From contig NC_134025.1 in NCBI RefSeq assembly GCF_964204645.1, positions 5,464,871 through 5,528,870 of the forward strand: a DNA stretch of 64,000 nucleotides, given 5' to 3'. The DNA is from Tubulanus polymorphus (Eukaryota > Animalia > Nemertea). Below are positions 27,064 to 40,460 of this stretch, in pieces. The notes below the pieces were generated by a model, which ran no database searches, was not told the DNA's origin, and worked only from the letters and a program-made list of their open reading frames with translations. Positions within the stretch are counted from its first letter, which is position 1; each line of letters starts with the position of its first letter. The translations under genes were made by a program, and so were the position numbers.

Positions 27064-28461
27064 TTATAAACTTGCTGTAACAGCGGACGAGTGAGGTACG
27101 TGGTAACCTTTATAATAGTCTGTCATGCTAACTTGGTTGTGGTCTTTGACACCGCCTCCGTGGTGGACCGGAGTAAGTTGGTTATAGTTCCCGTAACTTG
27201 CTTGCAAAGATTCGTACATTTTTAGATCCATTTTGCTTTCGGCGGATGACATGAGATTTGTGATGGAGAACGGATGGTTGAATTGATTCAGTTGTCCGTG
27301 ATGGTGGGGATGATGCGGATGACCCATGAGGCCCGATGTGTCATGAGTGAGGGATCTCAGGTCCGGATGGTGATGTTGGAGTTGTTGGGGCTGCTGCTGC
27401 TGTTGCTGCTGCTGTTGCTGTTGTTGATGTTGTTGTTGATTCACCGACGGCTGATGATGGTCCATTCGGTCCATTCGATCCATTCGGTCCATTCGGTCCA
27501 TGGGATGATTTTGATGATGAAGATGATGATGGTGAGGAGGTGTTGTGTTGTGATCATGGTTATTGTTCAACGGTTCTGGCTTGACCCCTGAGATACTTTG
27601 CGGCGAAGTAACGGATTCACACGGACTGAGCGGAGGCGACGAACACGATTTGCTTCCATTCAACGATTTGTCTGAATTTTCCGAATTCTCATCACGTTGT
27701 GTCTGCCTCAGCACCTCTTTTTTCGGACATTTGAAGCGCTTTTGTCGGCGAAGATAGCAACCGTTTTCGAACATATTTCCCGAGTCCGGATGCAAGGTCC
27801 AATAACTACCTTTTCCGGGTCGATCGGGTGTACGGGGTACTTTTACGAAACAGTCATTGAACGACAAACTATGCCTGATTGAGTTTTGCCAGCGTTGTTG
27901 ATTCTGACGGTAAAACGGAAACAGGTCCATGATGAACTGATAGATTTCGCTAAGCGTGCACATTTTATTCGGAGACTGTTGAATAGCCATGGTAATCAAC
28001 GAAATATACGAATACGGCGGTTTTGCGTGAGTGTAACTTCGACGATACGTTTTCTCTCGGGCTCGGTTGATGGCTTGGGCGCGATTATAGTCCATAATTG
28101 CCGGTGACATAGCACCGTTCATCGTGTTCATAGTTCCCATCGAAGCCATGCCGTTCATGCTACCCATAGTGTTCATATTGTTCATGCTGTTCATATTACC
28201 TGACATGGACATACCCATACCACTCATTCCAACTCCGCTTGCGCCCATGCTTCCCATACTCATAGGCTGTGGCGAATAACTCATATTGCCCATAGACATA
28301 CTTCCCATGCTGCCCATGGTGCCCATAGCGTTCATCGTGGGCGATATACTCATAGAATAGCCACTGCTACACGAGGCATCGTACGGTGACTTGGTAGACA
28401 ACATCTTGCTAACTCTGACCAAGTCCTGGCTGTATGAAGTGACGTTAGTATCTGTACTCAC
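27064..28461 (-). CDS. foxA: Forkhead box A (FoxA / fork head / HNF3-like) transcription factor, main coding exon.
   Basis: A 465-codon ORF carries a forkhead domain, '[101 protein letters not shown]', that is near-identical to vertebrate FoxA1/2 as I recall them. The N-terminus is the Met/Ser/Asn/Gly-rich type typical of FoxA. The C-terminus has the FoxA activation motif '[11 protein letters not shown]...KMDLKMYE'. The true start is uncertain: the track 'M' at 28461 is GTG, the first in-frame ATG is at 28404-28402, and a good acceptor (aaattccag|CG) at 28480-28481 could extend the exon to 28479. Confidence 0.93.
   Translation of the reverse strand: MSTDTNVTSYSQDLVRVSKMLSTKSPYDASCSSGYSMSISPTMNAMGTMGSMGSMSMGNMSYSPQPMSMGSMGASGVGMSGMGMSMSGNMNSMNNMNTMGSMNGMASMGTMNTMNGAMSPAIMDYNRAQAINRAREKTYRRSYTHAKPPYSYISLITMAIQQSPNKMCTLSEIYQFIMDLFPFYRQNQQRWQNSIRHSLSFNDCFVKVPRTPDRPGKGSYWTLHPDSGNMFENGCYLRRQKRFKCPKKEVLRQTQRDENSENSDKSLNGSKSCSSPPLSPCESVTSPQSISGVKPEPLNNNHDHNTTPPHHHHLHHQNHPMDRMDRMDRMDRMDHHQPSVNQQQHQQQQQQQQQQQQPQQLQHHHPDLRSLTHDTSGLMGHPHHPHHHGQLNQFNHPFSITNLMSSAESKMDLKMYESLQASYGNYNQLTPVHHGGGVKDHNQVSMTDYYKGYHVPHSSAVTASL
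27385..27440 (-). repeat. Imperfect (CAG/CAA)n trinucleotide repeat inside the FoxA coding sequence (poly-Gln, about 20 Q).
   Basis: The plus strand reads ctgctgctgctgttgctgctgctgttgctgttgttgatgttgttgttg, which translates on the minus strand as [17 protein letters not shown]. Confidence 0.9.
27459..27502 (-). repeat. A 9-bp tandem repeat (about 4.5 copies) inside the FoxA coding sequence, encoding (Met-Asp-Arg)4.
   Basis: The plus strand reads ggtccattc ggtccattc gatccattc ggtccattc ggtccatgg, which encodes [14 protein letters not shown] on the minus strand. Confidence 0.9.
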
Positions 28462-28559
28462 TTTTAGGTTGATCGCTCGCTGGAATTTGTGTACTCTACC
28501 AAGTGTTGAAGTAAACTATGCCTGTGGAAGGTTGACCCAAGGTAAATACTTCAATACCA

Positions 28560-28760
28560 ACACTGTCAAACCACGCCTTGTGTCGTTAATACATGCAAAT
28601 GTTTTATCGTCGCATTATCAATGGCTTTGATTGGACAGAATCGTCGCCGCCCTTTTGTTAAGTTCTTCTATTCTGGTGTGTAAGCGGCTTTGCTATTGGC
28701 TTGACAAGGCGACATGGAATGGTTGACAGCGCGCGGCGGTATCGCCGGCGTAGCTGATGT
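28560..28760 (-). promoter_or_regulatory. Candidate FoxA proximal promoter.
   Basis: A GC-rich patch 100-300 bp 5' of the FoxA ORF carries two CCAAT boxes on the minus strand (plus-strand gattgg at 28629-28634 and attggc at 28695-28700) and the CpG-rich stretch gcgcgcggcggtatcgccggcg. Confidence 0.3.
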
Positions 28761-31700
28761 GAGTGGGCATCGTATAAGTGTTTTTCTGGCAAGTTTAGTC
28801 AAAGTTTCCCTGAAAAAAAAACCTGATGATAAACGCTGAAAATATTTTCGAGATAATCTCTTTTCCAAATTTACGGAGTTTTTGCAAGAATTCAATATCT
28901 AAGACGCAAAATCATTCCATATAGTAGAATCGTTTTCTGACGGTTCCCATTCTAAACGTATAAGCCATACGTTTTATGCTCGGGCACGTACGCGGGGCTT
29001 CTAGTTGCTAAGACATGATACTCCCTTTTTTAAATCGAATAAAGCCTTCGTAGGCGCTTGAATGGAATCAAATCGGCCCACAAAGAACTAAATCTGTGAA
29101 GCGTTCAAAGCAATATAACACACCAACAAATAACTATATTTCCGCCGTTGGCTCGTTTTTTATCCCAGTGGTTTAGAAGAGCACACCTGCTTGAAAAAAG
29201 ACGATTCTCACTGGTTATCGTGTATGCTCTTCATTACAGAATGTGTTGACTGAGGTGTAGTAATGTAAAGGGTAAAGCACAAATATCCGTGCGTATAGAA
29301 TTGTAATAAAATTCGTCAGTTTTCATGGTTCGGACAATACGGTTTGTTTGTTAAGAGGTTCTTTGCCGGTATGCTTGCCTAATTTGTCGTGTCGAAGAGA
29401 TGAAGATAATGTCAACAAGTTAGTATATAAACAGTTTATCGTCAACACGTTAATGAAAGCTGAACTCATAATTCAATTCTAAGGAGAGATCACGGGGAGA
29501 TTGGAACTCCGAGAGAGTTCCAGCACGCGGTTATGAGGAATATCATCCGGTGCGGAGGACTGGTGGGCGACGCAATCAATGTCGTTAAATCCGGTGCCGT
29601 TGAAAAGACTCCAACAGTGCGAGTGGTCGGGGGTCGGCGGTGCGAAAAGATTTTCGAGATCTCAGTGAAAATAAACGACTATGGCCGGCGTTCATATTCA
29701 GCAACAATTTCAAAGTAATTGTGAATGGGTAATTTAACCGCGTCTAGACATCTTGTTGTTTTATATTCAATTTTACTTATTCAGAATTGTGAAGGTATGG
29801 CACCACATCACTGTCTCCATTTTTAAGAGAACACGAGGTAGAAAATTGTCTTTGAATCAAATCAATATTTTCCTGATAATGCTATTTGATACGTATGTGG
29901 TCTAAACTCACTGATCTAATGGTCCACGGACACGGGCCGGTTTCATATTCAACGACTTGCACAGAACGTTCAATTAACCTCGATAACAGAAGGCTTATAA
30001 TGAAATGTAGCTCCATAAGTTGCCTGTAAAACAGGACCCAGAACGGATTCTTACGTGTTTTTTCACTTTTACTCGGCTTCATTGAAGTAAATCTCAAATT
30101 ACCTCCTTTGGTGATTTTGAAAGTAGTTTCTTACGGTCAACTACGCTGAAGCTAGAATTTGAAGCCGACGAGAATGCGCATATTATTGTAAATTCGCGGC
30201 GTGCAAATTAGCTTAATTCTTTTACTGCGACTTCGCGGCTATAAATAAAAGGCGATTGACCATTGCTGAACAATTATGTCCCTCCACTGGCCATATAATC
30301 ATATCAACACCTGGTCCGACACCTTTCTTTAATTCAACCTGTAAATGTGTGTGGCCGTATATTATTATTATGATCTTTATGACCAAATTGTATATACGCC
30401 AGTTACCTGTCCTTACGAGTCATTGTTCCCTTTATCAGGTGTTGTTTGGAATTCATAATGGCTGACAATAGAGATTTATATTAGTGGGAGGAACGGTGTT
30501 TGTGTTTCAATTTTCCCACCGATTTTTCGTGTTGTTTCGGCAATTATTGCGATTTAAGTTGTCGTCTACCTCCAAATAGTGGACGCTCTTCTTGCATATG
30601 GCGGCCACTCAATCTCGCGCCAGCAGGTCGCAAGGACCCAGGATCGTCAGAGGCAAATCTTCAAGCACTGCGACAGATGACTGATACCAAGAACTGAACG
30701 ACCCCAATCACGGCTAAAACGATCAAACACTTGAAGTTAGCCCACAGATGGGAGAATTGGCCGCTGTTCTCTCCGAATAACCCAAATCAAGAATTAATGT
30801 TCAATTTATTATCGGTAATTTCACCCCGAAATGGCCAGATATTTGACTTCATTCTAATTTTGTTGTAAACTTGGATTCTTCTTGGATTCTTCTAAGGATG
30901 TTTGGTTGTCGATTGGATGAGGATATGTCGTATCGGCCTATCACCGATTGTTAAGAGACACACCACACAAAAATATAAGAAAGTAAAACGTTTTGCTTTT
31001 TTCGAGTTTACTCTAAACTTGGCTTCTAGTCAAGGACGAATTTCATTACTACAAACGATTTTACTTCAAAATATTTCGTGGATACCACTGAGGCGTTTGG
31101 ATACGTGTGTCTTTGATTTTTGGTGCTGGCACAAAGACACCCCGTAGGTATTGTTTTCATAGAAAAGCTAAGCTTTCAATGCGTCGCGTATAATAGTAAA
31201 AGATGAACAACGCGCATTCTAATGTCTGAGCGCATCAGACCTCGTGACTATAAAGTGCCATTAATTGAAGGCTTTGTCGTCGCTAATTGATTGATTTGAG
31301 GATTTTACGGAGCTTTTCTAAACACGGGATGATTTTGAACTGTTGCCACCATCCGCCTATCCATTACAAACGACACTTCTCAATCAGAATGTTTGATTTC
31401 GTTCACACTTCTGGCATGAAAGGCTTTTTTACGGTGACAGCGAACCCACTATTTTAGTGACGTCGTGTTGCGTCAACATCACGTATCTCGTGGTGCTTGA
31501 CAACGAAAACAATTTGTCCGAGAATTTTGGGAGATTTAATCAGATTTTACGAACTGCAGTCGATATCATTTTGCATAAATGAAGATCTCTTAGGCGTTAA
31601 GCATTGTAAAACAACAATCTCAATGGCAAGCAAACGAATGATTGAGCTACTTAATCCAAACTAGGGATGTTCACTTCCCTGGCGCAACCGTGAAGTGAAG

Positions 31701-34672
31701 ACTTACTTATAATACCAATTTTTATCGCAAAAAGTATGAAGGTATCAATACAACTTGTAATGGTGCATTTTTAGAAATATTTGAATGACTCGGGTGTCTT
31801 AAACCGGATGAAACATTTTTAGTTCGCAGTTCCTTGGCAAATATCTGCGTGTCTTTTCCGTACTCATTTAATTTGTCGCACATATACAATCGTCCTTAAG
31901 CAGCCCAAAGACGTTGCAGAGGTCAATTCATAAATTTTTTCAAATCGAAAATAAGATGTTATTCTCAATTCTTGAAATTCTTATTCCCATAAGCAATACG
32001 CGAATCTTGGGACAGCATTGTGACATATGTCTATCGGTCGTTTCTACAGCGATGTACTTTCATACGGATATTTTGACATGTTTCTATATTGATTATACCT
32101 TATTATACCTTATCAATCATCAAGAATATTTCATTTATACTGAATGCTGATTCATCGACTCTAAAACGAAACCTGAATTAAGTACATACAATGACAGAAA
32201 AAACCCTGGTTGGTGTAAACAACCGGGGAGGCTGGCTGTGACTGTTAGCGGTAAAATCCCCTCAGTAAAAATGATAAGTTAATTAATTCAATTTATTCTG
32301 AAAATGTATTGTATTCTAAGAATTTATTTAAGACTTAAGTGCAACAAATGAGTCCATTGCACAATTCCAATATATTGCAGTATTATTGCAAAAACATTTG
32401 GGAAATATCTTGCTTTGAAATGTTCTCGAAAAATTGCCAAGTGGGGATTTTTGGGATTTGTAGATTAACCTACTTTGACTTTGGGGAATTCAACCCAGAG
32501 GATTTTCACCTAGATTCTAGGATGAACGGCGTATATCACTGTTCAATTGTCGGAATAAAACATCATGCACTGTTTGCGATAAGTTGTTACACGGTAAATA
32601 TTTTTCCAATGGATCAGTGGATAAAACATATTTGACCAGGTCTTGATCATATTTACTCGATTTTTGACACCGCCATGTTCGCGATGGTTTTACACGGCTC
32701 GTATCAACATAAAATACAACATCGTTGACAATAGAAATACCATATCCGATGGGCACTATTAGAGGCGATAAAGCGGATTTTCTACACTTAATGTCTGGAT
32801 TAAAAAATTGCATTTCAGAAAAATTTAGATTGATCCCCACAATATCCACAGCTGCGCCTTTCAGTCACTGCCGATTAACAGGCGCGCAAATCGCGACAAT
32901 AACAATGATCGCGCAGATTCCACCGAAAGGTGGCCATGGTAATTAACCATATTAATACCGATAATAACTTCAGCCGCATTCTTTGGATTTCTTTAGCTCG
33001 ACTGAAGAACACCTCCACCGGCAAACAAACGTTAGAAACCTTCAGAAATTCCTGGCCATTATCCGACAAGAATAGACCGGAAAGTTTAGACTCCTTAATT
33101 CAGAAAAGGATCCCAATGCTCGATCCTCGAAACATTTTGTAGGAGGCTATATTGTAGTTTAGGAACAAGACTTGGTATTCCTACCCCACAGTTTGAGAAC
33201 AGATTTTTGTAAGCGATGAAGTGGCCTCGAGGGTACTCAACGCAGCATGAAATGAACAACAAGATGGTTCGACTTTTGATAGATTTTATACGTGCGATTT
33301 CCCGTGACAATGCTTCACAACACTCTCACTTAAGATAATGAAAGTCGATTGTGCACCCTTACTTACTCTATCTGAAAATTGGCTCGGTCGGCTGCCTATG
33401 TTATCCATACATATAGTTCTAACGAAAAGAGTGTATTTATTCAACAAAATGCCGGCATTCTTATTTTAGACTGGCCCAAAACTGGAAATTCATCCATACT
33501 CACTGAATTCTCATGAGTGATCTGGCTCAACCCAATGACGTTATCATCGATCGCTATAAACTATAAACGACAAATCCATTCTCTAATCTACGAAATGGTA
33601 GAAAAAATAACTGATACATAACTAATAATGTGATCGGGTTGAATTTGTATTATTTTGTAGCCGTTTCAATGAATCTTCATAGCAGCTTACAAAACGACTG
33701 TATGACATTACAACGTACACGAATACGGGCGACGATAGAATACAATATTGTCATTACAAACCAAAGTATCACTGGTCGAATATTATTCTAGGTTTATCTT
33801 ATGATCATTTTCGAATGTTTTCTCTCCACCTTTTCATTGTCTTATAAGATACTCGCGTGTTTAACCGCTGGTTCGTGTAGACCGCGTGAACTTCACGATC
33901 CATCGCAGGCGCGCATGTGTTACGAGTAAAGGTCGATAACCGCAGTGGAAAAATGCTGTTTTCCACAAATTCATTCTTAAAATAGTCTTACCTTTTTATC
34001 ATCGACCATCTTATTGTATTAATCCTCACATATATAGTCTCGTTACATACGAATTCAAGTTCTTACATTCAACATTCAAAATGTCATTGTCAAACCGAGG
34101 AAAATACATTATATCTATTTCAAAGTAACATTAACTCTTTGCATGCAACTTTGTTAAATTTTCAGATCTCAGAATTCTCTGATTTGTTCTTAACTACTTT
34201 CAGTACATGATAATAAAGCAATTATGAGGGCTTTATACTAACAGGGACATAGTAAAACTATATATTTTCTGTTTCAGAACAACCTATTCTATCTAAAAAT
34301 CTATACTTTTCAAAAATTTTGCTGTCTGGGGTAAGATGAGGGACCCCAGAAGGCCCCACCCAGGGTGTGGTTGTACTAAATAAGCCTGTTTTTTTTACAG
34401 TAATTAGCCAAGGAAAAAAAGAGATCAGAGAGAAACTGATTATAATTCTCCATTTTATCCAAGCTAGGGCCGTTGTTGATCACTGGGAAAAGTTTTGGGG
34501 TCCTTGGGTCATTATGATGGTCAATATCTCAAGGTCAACGAAAGGTCAAAAAATCAAATTTTAAAAAATTATTTTTTAATTTCAGTCAATATGTCTTCTC
34601 TAGTATCCTCTATTGCTGAGTATCCTCTCATGAGCTGAAATAAAGTATTCCTCGAGGTGTCTCCGAATATTA

Positions 34673-34733
34673 GGGGGTCTTTGTGACCCCCTAAATTCCC
34701 AGAGGGGTCACCCTAAATTCCCAGAGGGGTCAA
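34673..34733. repeat. Inverted repeat gggggtc-tttgt-gaccccc followed by two tandem copies of ctaaattcccagaggggtca; part of a repeat-like element (about 34320-34760).
   Basis: Read directly from the sequence. GGGGTCA/TGACCCC units recur at 34342 (gggacccc), 34496 (ggggtcc), 34507 (gggtca), 34674, 34704 and 34725. Confidence 0.6.
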
Positions 34734-37700
34734 AATGACAGAAAATCTACAAAAAGTCAGTGTAATTTGAATGACATACTTCACTGATGCGACTACGCCG
34801 GCCAAAAATAAACACTGATAAGAGTTAGAATGATACAGTGTATGTAGTGCTACTGTGAAAATCTATCTATGTCAGGTATGCGCCGTGTCTAAACGCTCTG
34901 TCATAGGCCTATGTGCTGTATACACAGCTGGTGCTTGTATGGATATAGGAACAGCTTCAGTGTGTTGCCAAGGCCTCCGCGTGATAACAGACATAACATG
35001 AAGTACAGAGCTCGATGTATATTCCATCTATAGGGCCATAGCAACACTACCCGTTATATGATGTAACGTCACGCACATTTCAAAGGTTTGACGACCGTTA
35101 CTTCCGGTCACCCCCAGCATGCATAGAGTTAATTCTGGAGCAAAAATATCAGTTAGAACCGGGGGTTGGTGTGCGGGTTCTGTGTAGCCGGGGTTGATGG
35201 GCACCGACATTTCATATGAATTACAAAAACGTCGCGTCGTTTTGTACTGCGTAGACATATTGCTTCATTGATAAAAACTGTAAGCGGAACTTATCTTGAA
35301 GTTGGTCTGGTTTTTAAGAAATGCGTCCCCAGAGGTTCACTGTGACGGAGCTGTCTATGCTATTTATACTGACGAATGAATATATTTTCACACAGGGCCT
35401 CTCAAATAACTCGCCTTTTAACCTCGATATATCTGAGTTATAATGTATTGTCTCGTATTTCTCCCAGTATCATATTAAAAGGTGAACCACCTCAAACGTA
35501 CAGTTACAGACAAATATTCCACCATCTAGTGAATATAGTTTCTATTTGGGCGCTGCAAAAGATGGAAATTATCGTACATAGTGGGTGATATTTTGACACA
35601 TCTACGGTAGGTTCAGTTTTCATAAGTAAGGTCTTTTGACATCAGTTTTAGCTTCATTGTTTTCAAGCAGTTTCAAATTGCATTCAAAAAGCGCAATACT
35701 TATATGGGTAAATAAATCGTATTGTGCGCTAGTCGTTTCGTCAAATAAATGCAGATAAGAGCACGTGTGCTTTGCGACGGATGGGGTATCATTTAGAATA
35801 AGGCTAATTTTCACAGGAATCGGTTTTCACGTATAACGTTGACCCTGGTTAGTAGCATGATGGATGAGTACGCTTTATAGCATAGATCAGAACTCTTCCG
35901 AAAATATCCGTAAAAAATCTTCACGAATTCTGCCACTCGCATGCACCGTCCTCTTAGATCAGAAATCTAAGAAAAGAATCTCACGGAATTCTCCGGGAAA
36001 TTCTGTAATGTCTAATATAACAAAAGTAGAAATTATATAATTGTATTATCTCTAAATTTCATTATTCAACCTATGGACGTATATTTTCACATTTCTTAGA
36101 ACACTCCACTTGCAAATGCTGGCTTTAAGGTAAGATGCTTAAATGAACCGTACATAGCGCGACCGGGTGCGTTTGCCTCCCGAAATCGTGGAAATATCCC
36201 TTATTGCGAATATCATTGTTATATCCAATAGAATTGCCCTTTCCGGGTTTCTCTGCCCCCTCCCCCAAGAAATTAAAATGCTAGGTACTGATTGCTTTTC
36301 TGATCGTAAAAAACAACCGTAAGATATCTTCCACTTATAAGATCTCATCGTATACACACAATGAATTGTAATAAATTGTAGATCACATCGTGGTTCACAG
36401 TGATATCGATTGTTGCTTGGATTTGAAAGTAAACGGAATTTCTTTACTTATACAGTGTAGGTTATACGTACAAACCAAATTTAAGAACACGACTGTGGTA
36501 TTTGTTTCGTATACTTTATTCGAACACGCATGTATTCTGATTTGCGTGAATCCCGAGAGATGGCGAAGTAGTTGGAGTTAGATAAAATGTTCGCATTATT
36601 TTATGGCGTTCATTTATGGCATGGTGTATGTGAATCTCAAGAGATGTCGAAGCTGTCGGATAACGGCGATCAGGCAAGTTAAAACAGTAGTCGTCCCTGG
36701 ATCCGCCCCTGCGTTCTAAATTCCTGGATCACCGATTGGTGAAGCATAACTCCCCTGGCTGTTCAGCCGCTAATACTACGTGCATGTGAAATTATTGATT
36801 TTTTCCAGAAAAACCACGTGTTACGTTTACGGCAAACACCTAATTGGTGAAGCTTATTGCCGACCGGGTCTAAGGTACCTCCCAAAAAAGATGAATTTAA
36901 ATGCATTCTTATCATATACCCACATCGATAGAATAGTTTGGACGGAAAAAATTGGGAATCCCTTAGATCCGCACCTGATATTTGATTATGGTTTTACTCG
37001 TAGGCCCTAATGAAAATTACACCACTACCATTATTCTCTCAATAAATGGGAGTATGAAAACTTCGAAAAAGAAAAGGCGAAATAAATTTATCTCTTTATA
37101 TTTTGCCCTTTGGTACGTGTTATATCGTTACACCTAACAAGCAGATATAATTTCACGAGACTATAATAAGATCCAATAACATGTAATACAAAAATATTCT
37201 TATTTTTCTAGCGCTCTTTCGTAGAATTTACCTATCATCATTACAGAGCGTATTTTGCACGCTCGATCGATTTTAAGCGAACAAAAACTGAAACACATCT
37301 CAAATCAGACGACATGTCATTTAGTGCTGCTGTATATACTCGATTCGCGCGCTTCTCTCCTGACGGCTTGAAAATTTCGTTTTGCAAAGCGTGGCTAGCA
37401 CACTTGATGGGACCTTTGTGGGGAAACATTCGCCCAGGGCGTGAATCGTTTACGATGCAAACTATAGTAGATGAGGTAGGCCTTGTTGATGTTGTACGGT
37501 TCGCAAACACGTAATTTATATATATACTATTATGTATATGATCTAGATGTCATTTGCGCGCAAAGGGCAGACTTTCTTTTGTAAAGTGTGATATTTTCGT
37601 AAATGTTTTTTACATGAAAAAAAGGAATATTCATTTGTCTCCCAAAATTTCAAGAGTTCAAGCCTTGGGTATCTCGTACTTGTTTTAGAACTAAGTTGAA

Positions 37701-40416
37701 CAAAGTTAAAAGTAGACAATTTGGTATACAAAATCACTCTAATTAAAAGATTCATTTTTGCAAAGTAGATGATAGTTAATAGACATCTGTTAACCACTAT
37801 CGAATGAGCAAGCAAGGCTGGCGTTCAAGAAGTTATCAAAGCTGACAACATTTGTCACGTCTCCGACTGGTAGTAACTTATCTTGTTTTTTTTGCAAATA
37901 ATTATTGCACCTAATGCGATAGGTTTGTCAATCATTGTTTCCCTGTCATTATTTGAGAATTACAAATTCCGATATTGCTGGGAATCCAAAATACAATGAT
38001 ATAAACATGTTTAGGATTTCTCTTGGCCTTCCAAAGGTCGACTAAAATGGTCATATGACCGATGTGCTTAAACCCATCGACTTAGTCATCTATATTCGGG
38101 ACCGTTCGTCTCTAAGCAGGCCCGTGCGTGAGAAATATGCGGGTCGGTTCGTTTGTTATTTGGTTGGAATAGAATGGGGGTCTGGGGGCTCCTGGTAAAA
38201 GTTTGAAAATCTGATGCTCATATGACCTCTGAGCGATTTCCGTTGTCAAGGTCTGAATAAATGAACAAAGATCTTATGCATGTTGTAGTAGTTGAAAGTG
38301 TAATACGTTTGAGCTTGATAATATTTTCAAATCAAAAACGAATTTTTCGTTCGATCCCCCACGCTACAGGCCTACCCAGCAAATTTAAAAAAAAACCAAA
38401 CAAACACTGACACGGCATTTCATTTTACAGACGGAACTGACGTATATTTATAAGACTTGTTCATTATCATGAATGTTTGAGGATGCCGGGTTTCATTATC
38501 ACATGAACATGTGGTCATTATGCCCATGGTTGAACTTCGGTTAACCTGACTCGAACCTGACACAGCCAACACGAGCTGTTTGCGCGTCACCACAAAAGGA
38601 ATGATGGGTCGTGACCACTAGTCAGGACAATAGCATTACAACACGTACCGACGTGCAGAGCGACGACGTTTGTCAAATACATTTAAAATTAAACTCCAAT
38701 TGCCTTTTAAAATGATAAACCAGAAAAGGCACAAAGGGCGCGGTCAAGTCGCGAGGACATTATAAAACTAGAATAAGTAATGCGGACTTTAAGATATCGA
38801 ATGATTTTGAGGATAGCAAAAATTATTCTAATCCAATTTTGCTCAATTTTGAAGTTTATGACTAGATAAGATTGGACTCATGTAATGCAATAATTGTTTT
38901 TAACAGTTGGTACTGGCATCATACTAGGTGTACATGCCAAAACCAGCTCAAAATTAGGTTGAAGGCGCCTCCCGAGACGATTGCAGGTGTCAAGACAGTA
39001 TGTTATGAAACAAGACAGCAACGTGTAAACCAACATTTATAAGGGGCCGATTTTGTTGTGGCTTAGTTCTACGGGGGTTTGCTTCATTAGATTCAGAATC
39101 TACTTATTGTCATTACGGAACAATTAAAGCAACTCAAACGCCGCATTTACGACGGGTGACAGATGGACAGACCTCGGGGCTTCATCTTCGAGTATCGCAC
39201 GACTTTTCTCCTTGAGTTACAACGCACGATCAATCAATACATTATTATTCTGAATGTTTCACAGGACTGGACAACGACGCATCACAAAAAGCGCATCCGC
39301 GTCCATCAACACAATGTGACTACCTGTGTAGTTCGTGTCCGTTATACTTCACCTCATATGATATTGAACATTCGCATGGGCTGCACTTGAAAAACATCAA
39401 TGGGAAATAACAACAATTAGAAAATGAATTTCCAAGCATTACAAATAAACATTTTTCTTAAAAAGAAGATATTCTAAGCTGATGAGGTGAAATGATAAAA
39501 AACATCGGGATTTTTACGCATTTTCTGCTCAGTTACACCATGGACTCTTGTGAGTCCATGTCCATGGGTCATTTTGGTTTGTAATGTAATCGAATTTATT
39601 TTATATAATAAATGCCTATTTCTATTATGTCTATATTTTTAACGAACAATTCAACCACGCTTTGTTATGTACTTGAAATGCGGCTTTTTTCACAATGTTT
39701 CGATGTATACGTCACAGTATGATATTTCAAACGGGATAGTTCGATCTGCAATCATAATGGCTTTATAATGCCCTTGTCTTGGTTTTGGACGTTCGCTGGT
39801 TTTCCCTGGGGGTTCAAAATGATCCCTAGTTAAGGTCAGAGTGTGTGTCATGACCACCTCTAATCGTCATTATCGTCTCATTGGGGCGTCTTCGTAACAC
39901 GTGCCGCATTCACGACTGTTCAAACGCATTGATGTAATTCGCCGCAACGAATCTTAATCGAAGAGTAAACTCGATTACGTTCTCGAAATACAACTCTTTG
40001 AAATGAGAGATAATTGTCGTCCTGAACACGCGCTTGGCCCCGAATGAACCCAGACCAGCTATACGCGATCCCGTTTCAATGAAATTCAGTTTAAATATCG
40101 TATTTCCGTTACTGACTTGGATTAATATTTCATCGCATCATTTGTGACATATCGTGGCTCGACGACAAATTTCTATTAAACTTGGGCGTTAAGACGTGCC
40201 GGTGTGTATAAACGTAAGATCACAACGAGACAATATACGACATTCAACTCATTCGATTAGAAATGATAGTAAAACGAAACATCGATTCGCTTAATTTCCT
40301 ATTCTCATCGAGCTATTGTCATAGATTGAATCCTTGCTTAGGAAGCTGATTAGGGTCAAACACTCGGCACGTCTTCAGCAACTTTTCACCTTTCTCGAAT
40401 CGTGATGTTTGCTGGT

Positions 40417-40460
40417 GTATATATATACTATATGTATGTATGTATGTATGTATATATATT
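40417..40460. repeat. Microsatellite (TATG)n flanked by (TA)n.
   Basis: The sequence reads tatatatatactatatgtatgtatgtatgtatgtatatatatt. Confidence 0.9.

Noticed and set aside
27274-28107. Plus-strand ORFs (27274-27591, 27563-27757, 27697-27882, 27886-28107) antisense to FoxA.
   Set aside because: They are artefacts of reading the opposite strand of a low-complexity coding region (the CTG/TTG repeats give poly-Leu). They show no motifs and no independent signals.
28456-28461. GTGAGT at the 5' end of the FoxA ORF, which could be read as a minus-strand splice donor.
   Set aside because: It is in frame as Val-Ser and is immediately followed by the conserved FoxA N-terminal residues, so reading it as a donor would delete conserved coding sequence.
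38520-38560. tRNA T-arm-like 'ggttcgagtcagg' on the minus strand (a possible tRNA or SINE).
   Set aside because: The stems do not pair (CAGG...CAGG), no A/B boxes are present and no acceptor stem can be built.
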